64,000 nucleotides of DNA from Balanoglossus misakiensis (taxonomy: Eukaryota > Animalia > Hemichordata), in the NCBI GenBank assembly GCA_040954595.2, contig CM082589.2, positions 7,189,186-7,253,185 on the forward strand, written 5' to 3'. The notes beneath the pieces were generated by a model that had not been told where the DNA came from, did not search any database, and worked only from the letters and a program-made list of their open reading frames with translations. Both the position numbers and the translations under genes were made by a program. Below, piece by piece: positions 27,664 to 40,150 of the stretch. How positions within the stretch are numbered: position 1 is the first letter of the stretch; the number at the start of each line of letters is the position of its first letter.

Positions 27664-30388
27664 TAGAACATACGAGATGGTAAGTGTTATATGAAGCCAC
27701 ATTAAGTGTTATGAAATCAACGTACAAAAACATTCTGTGTTTAGCCGTGGTATATTTGTAAACTGCATGTATTCGCCATGACATCACTAAGTACATAATT
27801 TAAAAAAATGAATTTCTTTCGACAATATCACTGTCACAAATCAAAATTCCTGCAGAGCGAGTATTCATAAAATATTTGTTTTTGTTTTTTTCAGAAGTCA
27901 AAATGGACAAACGGTGAACACTTTCTGCAAAGTTGACAGCATCTGAGCCTCTGTTGTTTCGAGAAAAGACATCCTACCAGTAACTTTTAACTAGTCGATT
28001 TTGTATCAACTTACTCTTTATTCTTATACCCTTGCATGATGAGATGCCAATTATTGAACCTGTTAACTATAGTTCATTGTACTTGATTTTTATAGCAAAT
28101 TTCTTTTTAATATATTTGGCGAATATTTTATCAAAGTGTTTCCCATTTACAAGAGAAACTCAAACTTGTGATTAGTTCATACCTGAAAATGTGGTTTATT
28201 TTAAGTTGCCATTGACATCAGCACATTTTAAGATATCTGCGTCTCATATGTCAAGAATTTTTTTTTACGAAATAGTCTTCCATATTTAGCATCTTCTCCG
28301 TGTTGAACAAATATGCTCATGTTATTACTGAACATTTACATACTTACATAATTTTGGTGACATGCAAAGTTGGCTCAAGTTTCCGTCCAATTCATGATAT
28401 ACCTGTTACGATAGGTTACCGTGGTTACTGTTTGTATATACATGTAGTTAGGTATTGTGCACCTTAAGAGATTGTTATTATCAATATCTTTCTGACTGTA
28501 CATGAATTGGGATTGTTCAGTGCGTTTATAACGCGTTAAAATTTGCATTTATGGTCGTTTTCTTATGTTATAAATTCCTATGTATCCATACTTGATTTCA
28601 TATGAAATTTTATTATCTACTATGCGTCTGATATGCTACGTGACGTAAATGTTCATGTTGATGTAAATGATGGAATCGGACCATTTGCTTTCAGCTTAGT
28701 ATTGTAATTTGCGAGTTGTGTCATTAATTCTATTTGACAATTAATTAATTATTTCAAATAAACAGATTGAAGAAGAAAATGATACCAGTTTCCTGCTTTA
28801 TTCTTTACGGAATTAATTATCGATTTCGAAGTTAGGGTTTGTTGGCCCATAAAAAATAAAATCACCTGCAGTCTGAGATTAGTCCGTGACATACGTGTAC
28901 AATGTATAGGGTAATATCGACACGACAAAACGGAACCAGCACGGATTTTATTCTCCGTTATCTCCTGAAATGGTATCCAGAAATCTAAACACCTCCTCTG
29001 TAAAGGCGGTAAAAGTGCACGCACTCGAAGGGCCTACTGATTGAGAGCGGGCGCAAGACAGGCTGATCGATTTTCTCGACGCCGTCTTCATTATGCGGTG
29101 GGCGGGCCCAACTTACAGTTGACTGCAGCCACGTCAGTTTTATTTAATAAGATATACGGGCAATAAAAACAGGCTATACCTTATTTAATGTATAGGTACA
29201 CAGAACGGCTTCGCGTTCACTTCACAAGTAAACATTGTATTGTTCACATGGTCACAACGATTCGATTGCTCTGTTACAACGAGGAACTGCGGTAGGGAGA
29301 GCGTTTGAGTCACCATATAGAAGCAAGACCTGATCGATTACTGATAATTATAACTGAAGGTAAGATAATTATGATTTTAATTGAAATCACTTTAATTAGT
29401 TCGTACTTGTATTCACCCAGACAAGTTAGAGAGCTGACCATGCGACATATTTCTTTTTAGCTCGATGATTTTACATTACTTGTTAATAATACAAGATCTT
29501 TGACACTCTTTGATGTCAAGAGAACACTAAAACCACAAAAGCTCTCTTTTTACCTAGGGGTAAAGTTCACTTAAGTTGATTAATTAACTCCAATTAGCAC
29601 AAAGTGCATATGCGCTACCTTCACGCACTCTATCCCCTTTCAGTGTGTTACTGTTGCCTGGGCAACGACCAACAAAATAAATGACCCCTAGCAAATACTT
29701 ATACAAATAAGAGTTAAGGTGGCATACTTCCCTTTTTCATTTTCACAGTCGCCAAGAGCGAGAAACTCATTTGGTTTAGGACGATTCTGGCCGCAAAGTA
29801 CGATTCCTTTATCTTAAATTTTTGCCTATGATTATGATAGATCGCGTGTTGATCAAGGGCTAAAAAAACATTTCACAATTGCAATGATTTCATTTGAATA
29901 CTGATATTTGGAAATGACCATTATTCTATTTTCGACGTGACCGCTCGAATTGGACTTCGTCATCCATAAGGTATCATGCGGATTAATGTTTGATCTAGTC
30001 GGGCGGCAAATATACCGAAATATCTCGTCCATTGCAAGCAAGTACTCCAACCTACTTCACCCGGGGGTTTACTGTCGATGTCCCATAGCTCGATCGTGGT
30101 ACTTGAGGGGAAGGGTGGTGCGGGCGCTCTTGATTTCGACCACGATATAAATACAAGCGCCCACAGAGTTCTAGTTCCCGAATAAAACACCTCGTATTCG
30201 CCAATTCACTGTATGATGTTATATCGGGCTTCTTTGTATTAAAACAATGGACTTTCATGGAATATCAACTTTAATATGTGTCGGGTTATTCTCTCCATAA
30301 AGTTGTTATTTTTTCAAGGTTACAAGTGCTTTGATTTTCCTATTCATTTTTTGTCTCATTATAATTAGAAACTGCCCAGATCAGAGTC

Positions 30389-31507
30389 ATGGGGTCCGGT
30401 GCTAGTGTCGGTAAGTCTTAACCCTTCGAACACAACTATTTTTTCCCGCCAAAATGTTGGTGCGACAAAGTAAACATAATTTTTGAAAAACAATATGGAA
30501 AACATAACAAGGGTTAATGTTGTGTTAGATGACGAGTATATCCATTCTCCGTACAGAGATTGCAGAGCGTGGATAATTCTAACCTAGCTAGGAGGTCCGA
30601 CCGGCAGCCACTGGTGCGGCCAGTCAGACCCCCTAGCTAGGTTAGCTACAATTGTACGGAGCATGAAGTATGTACATGTATATCCTTTAGCGTTGAAAGG
30701 GTTAACTAAACGGGCATAATTTAAATATAAAGGACAAATCGTTGACACAATCCTTGTTATGTTTCGCTGATGCGTCGTTTCGCTGAATCATAACTTTACT
30801 GTTCAAATCATATCGATGTCCCGTATGTAAAAATTCCGATACACAGTGGAACGTTTCATTTATCAGGATCCCGAATAAACGGCTTCGAATGCACAAGGAT
30901 AGTCTAAGAACTCATCGTCTTTTCACGGTAATTTCAGTTCCTTGTCTTCATCTGCCCCACAGATACGGGTGAAATAAAACAATTCGATGATATTACTAAG
31001 TACGTCAGGCAACAGAAAAATGAGGAAGATCGCAGTTGCGTGCGATATTGTTACACTATTCTAAAGAATACAAAGCAAAATGAACAGGTATGTATATCTG
31101 GTTCCCCTGTCAATGTTGCCCATTGCCTATAAATCAGCTACACCATGGTGCACTGCGAAATCACAAAAACGACATGATGGGTGGACAATTTAAATAAGGT
31201 AAAGTCGATAGTGATTTGGGAAAGTCAACTGTTGGTGCTCATTTGCTGAATAGATCCCACGTCTGGATTCGCGAGTCAATATAAAAACAGAAAGTGATAG
31301 CCATATGTTCGAGGACACACATCCGGACTGCTCCACACATGTGCCATTTCAGAAGCTCATGTGAGACCGCATCTCTAACAAAAAAAGGATTAAATCTGCA
31401 TGGAAGTGGCTGAATGTTTTTCATGGTGGTTATGATAGAGGTTTTCCCAACACTTTACTTTTTTTTTCAAATATATACAATGTAATTTTAAATGTATGTA
31501 CGTATGT

Positions 31508-31547
<40 letters not shown>

Positions 31548-31644
31548 ATGTATGTATGTATGTATGTATGTATGTATGTATGTATGTATGTATGTATGTA
31601 TGTATGTATGTATGTATGTATGTATGTATGTGTGTATGTGTGTA

Positions 31645-31679
<35 letters not shown>

Positions 31680-31722
31680 ATGTATGTATGTATGTATGTA
31701 TGTATGTATGTATGTATGTATG

Positions 31723-31753
<31 letters not shown>

Positions 31754-34700
31754 GTATGTATGTATCATCAACGATGACGTCACTGTTAAATATATTATAA
31801 GGAGTGACATTGTTCCTTTTCCCAATAGCTTTTCGAAGAAACCAAAATAACTATTTACTGCGAACGTAAGACAATTGTTTTAAAAACGGAGGGTTCGACG
31901 GACAACCCCAAGCGGCAAGCTGAGATAGCCATGGGCTTCAACGGAATACCCGTATGCAAGGCCAATTTTGACTACAAGCTGGATGGGTTCGTAATTTTTA
32001 GTTTTAATTTCACGGCACGTTGGTATGAATTGAAAATAAATGACGGCTGTTTATCTTGAAAGAAGTCTCGCGAGATATCGCAATGCACGGACAATCACAG
32101 TATTTAGACAGATTCATTCACAGACACGATAAGGATGTGACGACAATGACATCATAGACAACCACGTAATCAATATTATTTTTGCATGTTTAGTTTAGAG
32201 CTCAATGTAAATATTTGCGGTCATACTCATTCTGAAGTTCATAGGTCAAATATACAGTGTTAAAATTTTATTATGCTCTAGGGAAGAACAAGGTACACAG
32301 GCGTCATTCCCACCTGTCAAAGAGTCTAAAGAAAACACAGCGGGAAAGCTACCGGACGTGTTTAAAGGAGGTTCGTATGGGATTAAAGGGACAAAGTCTC
32401 TCTCTCTCGCTGCCCATTTTCTATTAAATATGTTTGATACAAGACACTGTTTATGTTATTCTACATGTGGATATATAGTGAATCAACATTTGACCACACA
32501 TAACTTCCATCCCTTTTGTAGGATATGAGTATAAAAATCTTGCCAAAATGAATAAATGGTAAACACCGATTATTTATTTTGGCGAGTTTGTCACTCTCGT
32601 GTCTACAAGTTGGATGGAAGTTGTGTGTGGTCGAACGTTGATTCACTGTATATATCCACATGTAGAATAACATAAACAGTGTCTTGTATCAAACATAATT
32701 AATGGAAAAAGGGCAGCGAGAGAGAGACTTTGTCCCTTTAAGGAGCTGTTTCACCTTGCTTGCTTGAATATGCTGAACGTAGGTACACCACCTTTGAGGC
32801 ACGCACAGCATTATTAATTGATGACATAAAAAAATTAAAGCAATTTTTTATCGCAAACTGGAAGGTTATACTATAGATAGCAACTCTCGGTCATGTTAGT
32901 AATAAATTAAGTAACGATGCAAATTGAGCCCAAAAGTATAACACTTTAACTTGTATCACTGTACCTGAAAGATGCACTAAGTAAAAAATTCCCCATAGCA
33001 CAGAACTGTAAATAACACCAATCATTTTGGTGTGACAAGGCAATATGCCATTTTCATGACCCCTACATGACCTTATATCCTCGTACTTCCGTTGGTAAGA
33101 ATCTATCAGGTTGACAAAGACCTCTACAAAAACTCAATAGTTGCGGCTGTAGTAAATAAATTATGTACTGAATTATGAACGTGACCCCTTCTCAGACACA
33201 GACTCAGACGTTTCTTGTCCTACAATGTTGAATTTTGACAACCCCATACCGACGGATGTACAAGGATGTACGGTCATATAGGGGTCATGAAAGGGACCTA
33301 AAGACAACGCTTTACATACGGTTGCAAACAAAGGCGGGCTCATTGTTCTGTAATGATCTTTAGGAAAGGCAAATTGTTTTCTAAGCAATAAAGACAAGAA
33401 CTTCACCCCAATCGTTCTTATTTTTCATTCGTCCTGATTCGATGTCTACCGCTGTCTTCCTTCAGATTCCTTTTTAAATGCCGTACATATTGAATGTAAG
33501 AATCCGGATGTGATCAGTTATCAGCATATCTGTCAAGCAAAGTCAAGAGTGGCAACTGAATATGGAGTGGCAGACAAGGATGGCGTTGCATGCCTGGACT
33601 TTTGCATCACCTTTATAAAAACCCTGACTACTGACGTATGTCTCAAGTCATCACTTTGTTGTTGTTTTTTATTTGTTATTATTATTTTTTTTAAAGTGAA
33701 GCCAATTTAATTGAAATGAATTGCATTTCTTGTACGTTTTTTTATCTTTTGCCCGTACAGATACTAAGCAACGCCATGTTCAGTATTGCTTGCGGTGCCG
33801 TTATCGTCGTCTTAACAGCCGGAGACAGGCAGAATTTCTATGAGTTCGCCTTGAACGAGAAAGGAAATCCGGTGGCGAGAGAGGTCAATCAAGCGGTAGA
33901 TGCCTCTTTTAAACGCGGAGCCTGTGGTGGTAATAAAGCATTCATATATGTTAGGTTTTTACGCCAAATACGTTATGTAATATACGGGGTTGACACAGGT
34001 ATCATAAAGACGTTTTTGAAACGTCTTTATAAAGACGTTTTGAAACGTCTTAGGTCAAATACTGGCACAAAGTATAAGGCCTATGTGTGAACGGTTTAAA
34101 TGGTCCTGAAAAGTGTCAGATTTGAGATGGCTTTACCGGCCAGACCTGAGCCAGTGAAAAGATGAACACCTCTCGCTCCGCAACCCATAGTCTATGGGAT
34201 CACAGTCCCTCTTTCTTGAGGGACTGTGATGGGGCCGAGCCTCGGCACCTTCACACAAACTGTGTGTGCGTGGGCTCAAGGCGACTCAAAGGATTAATTC
34301 TCTGTGTTTACAAAAAGCAAATAGTATCTCTGAAACGTTTCGAATGTTTACAAGCGTGGCCGTGGTATTTGATCAACTGTTTTTATATAAGTCAAATCAA
34401 CATGATTTAAGCTCATGATGTTTTGTCCTCGTTTACAGCGCCACACGTACGTACTGTAAAAGAGTTTGGTTATACTGCCCTTAGTGAGAAAGATATCGAC
34501 CGAATCGTGTCAGACTTCAAAAAGTGGCGGTTAATCAAAGGAGATGATGAGAGGCTTTTGAAGTTTGTAAAGCAAGTGTTTGAGAGAGAAGAGAGGGATG
34601 ATGAAAGGGTGAGTACCAAAAATGTGCCAGCAAATAAAATATGTAACAAAGTTAGATCTGGAGACTGTTATGTATAACTATCCGGATGTCTGTGAATCTG

Positions 34701-35276
34701 GCGACAAGATGTACAAGAGTCCTAATTGGCGAGGCCTGATGAACTCACCGGCTCAGCTATACCATACTTTACTGTTGCCAGTATATAAAGAAATTGCGTT
34801 TGAGACACAGAATAAATACATTGAAATAAAGCCAAAATTACAGCTGACAGATTAGTTATCCAGTTATCAATCAGTAATATACAGTTTATTTTTGAAGACC
34901 TAAAGGGTCTGGTGGAATGTATAGCTAGGCATTTAATACTTGTATTGTATTTCATTGACAGGGAGCTTGCCCTGATATCAAGTCAAACGTCCACATGACA
35001 GTCAAATGCAAAGATTTCGATGTGTTGCTGAAAGCGGGAAAGGGTTACAACATCTGCAAAGTCTTCATGGAGAACAAGAGGCCGACTTACAGATGTAAAC
35101 GACGACGAATGTGGAGACGCGCAATAGAGTGGCTCTCCTTGCTGAATGCGGACATGGTCTTGAAGGACATTCGAATTGGTCCCCTGCGGCTAGACTTGAC
35201 AGACACCACCACAAAAGGTTCAGGCGACAATGATGAAGACGGTTCAAATGATGATTCAGATGGCGATGACGATTAA
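30389..35276 (+). CDS. Gene E: putative N-myristoylated three-module protein with an acidic tail (~405 aa)
   Basis: Exons 30389-30410 (MGSGASV), 30963-31087 (DRSCVRYCYTIL), 31829-31986 (ITIYCERKTIVL..MGFNGIP), 32282-32370, 33466-33635 (ACLDFCITFI), 33761-33929 (FSIACGAVIVVL..LNEKGNP), 34439-34608, 34962-35276; phases consistent. Confidence 0.85.
31492..31764. repeat. (TATG)n/(TG)n microsatellite
   Basis: Direct inspection. Confidence 0.95.
32383..32741. mobile_element. T2/Kolobok-type palindromic MITE, copy 3 (intact termini)
   Basis: TTAAAGGGACAAAGTCTCTCTCTCTCGCTGCCC...GGGCAGCGAGAGAGAGACTTTGTCCCTTTAA. Confidence 0.9.
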
Positions 35277-36191
35277 AATTTAACCTTTGACATCTGACCT
35301 TTGACTTTTTATATTACACTCTGTTTGGATTGTGCTTAGCATGTCGAAATATCACTCTTTGTCTGTCATTGTTATATTTTACCTCATAGTACAGCTCAAT
35401 TCGATGTTACCAATGAGTTCCTGAAGCGAAAACGTCTGTCATTTACCCAAAGTTGACGAAAGCTAATGGTTCGACCACTTTTCACTACACGACCGTTGAT
35501 TGGCCAAGATACGTAACTGTTGTTATGCAAATTACGTAATGTCGTCGGTTTCTATAATTTGTGTTTGCTGAACTCTGACCTATTTTAAGTGTCTGCATCC
35601 AGTTTTTGATGCAGACAATATTTACACAGATTTTGGTGACTTTCAATCTATTTTTGCTCATTTATAAGCAACTGTAATAGATACAGAATTGGTCCTTCGA
35701 TAATATGGGAGAAGTAGGTAGGCCTATTAAAATTTGCCTAAATGTGTGAAACTTGACCTATTTATGCAAATCCCAGATACACATCCGGTTTGTTCAGATG
35801 GTTTAGTTTGGGACCACTTTCCCCCAATTTTGTGGTATTATTTTACCCTATTCTAATATATTTTAACATGTATTTGTAACATGCCTACTGAGTTAATATT
35901 TACTCATCTAGTTACCACATATATATTATTACCAAGCTGTAAGTAGTACAGTATCGAAATGACGAACGGAGAAAATGATAATTCCAGACAGGCGGAAGCT
36001 GTTATAAGATTACACTCCCCTGTAAACACAAAGACAAGTAATGATTTCAGCGTCTTTTATTGCTGACCAGTTGTCGACACCATGAAGGGAATATTTTGTA
36101 TGGGGAAAGTCATTTTTTACTGAATTTTGAATCGAATACCCATGCAAGCCCAACTTAAATATATGATTTTGCATTAAAAGTATAATTATAC

Positions 36192-36538
36192 GTGTGTTGT
36201 GTTGTGTTTTGTTGTGTTGTGTTGTGTTGTGTTGTGTTGTGTTGCGTTGTGTTGTGTTGTGTTGTGGTGTGTTGTGTTGTGTTGTGGTGTTGTGTTGTGT
36301 TGTGTTGTGTTGTGTTGTGTTGTGTTGTGTTGTGTTGTGTTGTGTTGTGTTGTGTTGTGTTTGTGTTGTGTTGTGTTGTGTTGTGTTGTGTTGTGTTGTG
36401 TTGTGTTGTGTTGTGTTGCGTTAGGTTGCGTTGCGTTGTGTTGTGTTGTGTTGTGTTGTGTTGTGTTGTGTTGTGTTGTGTTGTGTTGTGTTGCGTTGTG
36501 TTGTGTTGTGTTGTTCTGACACACACACACACACACAC
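36192..36538. repeat. (GTGTT)n pentanucleotide microsatellite plus a (CA)n tail
   Basis: Direct inspection. Confidence 0.95.
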
Positions 36539-38047
36539 CAATGGAAATGAACTTGAACTCTCAGCCACCACTGTGACGATCTCCCTCGAAAACTGCACAA
36601 ATAAAAACGAAGGAATCACGCGTATGTTGTTGGCTGGGGGCGATTAGCGGCTCATCACCAAAAAAAATCTTATTGACAGCTTATGGGATGGACCACACTG
36701 ACACCTAATTAATCAGACTATCTTCTTTTCTAAGTATTATGACAAGACAGTCCTGCGCAGTTGGCGTAACCAACGTTTTTTTTAAATCACGACCCTTGTA
36801 CACATTCATAAACCACATATATTTCTAACTCAATCACGGGAAAGACACTGACAGGAACATATCTTCAAACTGACGGGCAGAATACATTTTGGATTGATTG
36901 TACAGTAACTATACAAACAGGTACGTTACCTCAGATTTGAAGGTAAGAATCATCCTATCATGTGAAACCACTTTTATGAAAACTGACACGATTTTGCTTC
37001 GTGGTGGAATCCTGTTGAAAACCTACATAAAATGGAAATGTAGGGTTTTGTTTATCCTCTGTGAACAAGAAAACATGGGTTTTGAAACTACGCTGTCGTT
37101 TTATGCACAAGTGCTTGGCGATTCACCGCATATTAATCGATACCAAATATGGCAAATATAAAGCATGTTTATCTTTATGCTTCTCTTTTTAATTTTTGAA
37201 ATTTTACAAAATTATAGGAGATAATCTTTAGAAACCCGATGCGCGCGTCCAACTTCAATCAATCCGTATCGTCTTACAGGTACACGGTCACCCATACAAA
37301 TTTAGCCATAGTTACGGATCTAGATTTGAGGTAGCCCGTCACGAACTAAAAAGTGCGACCCCAACGGCCATTCAATGATTAGACACATCCATTAATCAAC
37401 GGTGGTTGTATAATCACATACATATCGAGTTAGTTTCTCAGGCACGGCAGTGGACGTTGTGACCGATACATTCTTGTCCATATGATGGTGATATTTGTCA
37501 ACTTTTGGCCGAAAATTGCTTAAAGTTTCAAGGCAGACTGTACAAAATTACGGGCCTTGGCGCTGGCCAGGCTTTCTAAACTAAGAAACCCCGGTTGTCT
37601 CCGTCATCCGTGATCGACTTCAAAAACCGATCCACTACACGTCATTAAATTCCTCCATAGACTGTGCTCACGTCAACTTGATGTAAAATAAAAGCGATAA
37701 ATGTAGCTATAGCTTCGTTTTTCTAACGACTTTGCGTTTCGAAAAGAGTTTTTTAATGGATTCGTTTCCACGCTACACTCTTACCGAAAGCTACCGCTGG
37801 TGGCGCTATGCTAACGGAAAGGATGCCCTTGGCGAGCGTCCCGCAATATTGCAATTATATATTCAAGAAAATTACGACTTTGTGTGTTGAGTAAACGCAT
37901 CAGCGCAAATGGTTTTCAATTTTCGCCTTTCTAAACTTCTCCATATCCGTTAAAGCGTGATTATTATGAAAGTACAGGTACACTGTACAGCTGATTTTTG
38001 TCACTCATCCTAATTTTTTCTTCTTCTGATACATAGAATTCACGGAG

Positions 38048-40115
38048 ATGGGTAGCGGAGCAAGTCAAACAGGTGAGTATTGAGAATCATGTCGATTATA
38101 AAAAATAACATTCGTTCATTTATTTTGGCGATTTCTCCAAGTAACGGCTTACAATGGCTTTCTCTTATGGGATCTTAGACGCATTTGGTACCATGGACGA
38201 CTCAAGTAGATAATTTCCCGCTCAATGCGAGATCTCGCGAGACCTGGTTAGGTACTACAGCTAGACGAGTTGGTTGGAAATCATGAATACATCATGTCGA
38301 ACTTTGTATGAAACCAGAATAGGCACTGAGTTTAAAGAAAATTGTAAACACGATGGACCATGAATGGCTTGTCCTGTGCCTATTCTCGCATATAGAAAGC
38401 CTATCAACGCGAGATCTCGCTGGATTTCGTGGAGGTCGGAAAATGGTCTATAACGGAGTCCGGAAGACTGATATTATATTTTGTATGACCTTTGCTCTCT
38501 ACAGTTGAAATGGACAACTTCGATTTCTGCAAAATATCCGGTGTCATCAAAAAACGTAAAGAAGTAGACGACATTGCTTGCATGCGATATTGTTATTCCA
38601 TTCTGAAGACGCTGCACGATAATGACGGAAAGGTAAACCGCGTAATATGTCCTTTCTAGTGCCCATTTGCACCATCAGTGGCCTCATCCTATAACAAGTA
38701 GTTCTAAAAAGAGTGTAAAACACAAAATACCATCAATTGCATTCACAAAGGTCACTTTGGCATTAGAGGTGGAGAGATTGTAATAAAGAAATTATTTATT
38801 TATTTATTAATTTATTTATTTATTTATTATTCGTTCGTTCGTTTATTTATTTATCATGAATACCTCAACGGTATGCGATTTCTGAAGACTAGACGGTGAA
38901 ATGCATATACAAGGTTTTATACACACAAAGAGTAAACGCATATGCTTGACAGTGTGTGTTGCTTATAATTTGTGGGTATGTGCATAGACAGTAGACAGTC
39001 TATGGTATGTGTTAGTGTTTCACAGCAGTCTGGTCCTGTGCCCCATTTCCACCGCATGGCGGCGCTGCTCTGTGGTACAAGATATCCGCTCAGTTATTTT
39101 GGGTTTCGCTCATTTCAAAAGTTTAACAAGGGCTTACAAATTACTGAGGTTTGAGATATATTACTCGAAAATATTGTTTTATTTGTGAGCGCGTGTTCCA
39201 TGTTGTTGTGGTAACATTGTGGTATACTGAGGGAAACCGCTATGAGAACACTGTTTACTGGATTTTTCGTGACAAATTTCAACCATATGTATAATTTCTA
39301 TTCTTTACTATCAATCACGTGATCTGGCCATGTGACCCACAGCGTTGTCATTTCAAAATGACGGGCAAGCAATATTTCGGCGTCCAGAAAGGTTTTTTTT
39401 CGAGTATGTTTTTACTTTAAAACCGCTAGACACGTAACATGTATCGGATATGGTGCCTCATCAGCCTCATGGCGTTTCGTCTGCACAGTCTGTGTCTGCA
39501 CCACGTAAGTCCACGTTGCTGAAGTTGCCCGTCATCTGGAGATTTGAATGCCAACGTAACTGCCGCGTGACCGCCTCTGACGTCATTTGATATCGAAGAA
39601 TACCAGATGGCGAATAACAATAAGCCGAGCGTGGAGACCTCAACAATAGATGGACACAAAACGGCGGAGATTTGCAATAAAATGAATGCATATTCCCTCA
39701 ATTTACTCTCTCTCTCCACCTTTTTTCTCTCTCTGTATCAGTCTGTCTGTCTCCATATAATGCTAATGTATCAACATATTGCTAGAGTTGGCGGATTTTG
39801 CATCCCATCAAATGCAAATAGTTTTTTTTTTATCCTGTAGGATTACATAAAGAAATTGACGATAACCGTTTATGGTAAAAACAAGGCAATAGTGCTATCG
39901 CAGAAGAAGGAGGAAGACAGCAAGGTAATGCCATCGCAGAAGAAGGAAGACAGCGAGGTAATGCCATCGCAGAAGAAGGAAGACAGCGAGGTAATGCCAC
40001 CAATGCTAGATTAGCCACATAACTTGTAAACCACTGATTACTCCCTCTCCCACATTCTGTCTGTGTGTCTGTCTGTGTGTGTGTCTGTCTGTCTGTGTGT
40101 GTATGTGTGTGTGTG

Positions 40116-40150
<35 letters not shown>

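Noticed and set aside
36539-36580. Peptide NGNELELSATT resembling GTELSAATT in the GPCR N-terminus
   Set aside because: It is a short low-complexity match next to a microsatellite with no splice signals; likely chance.
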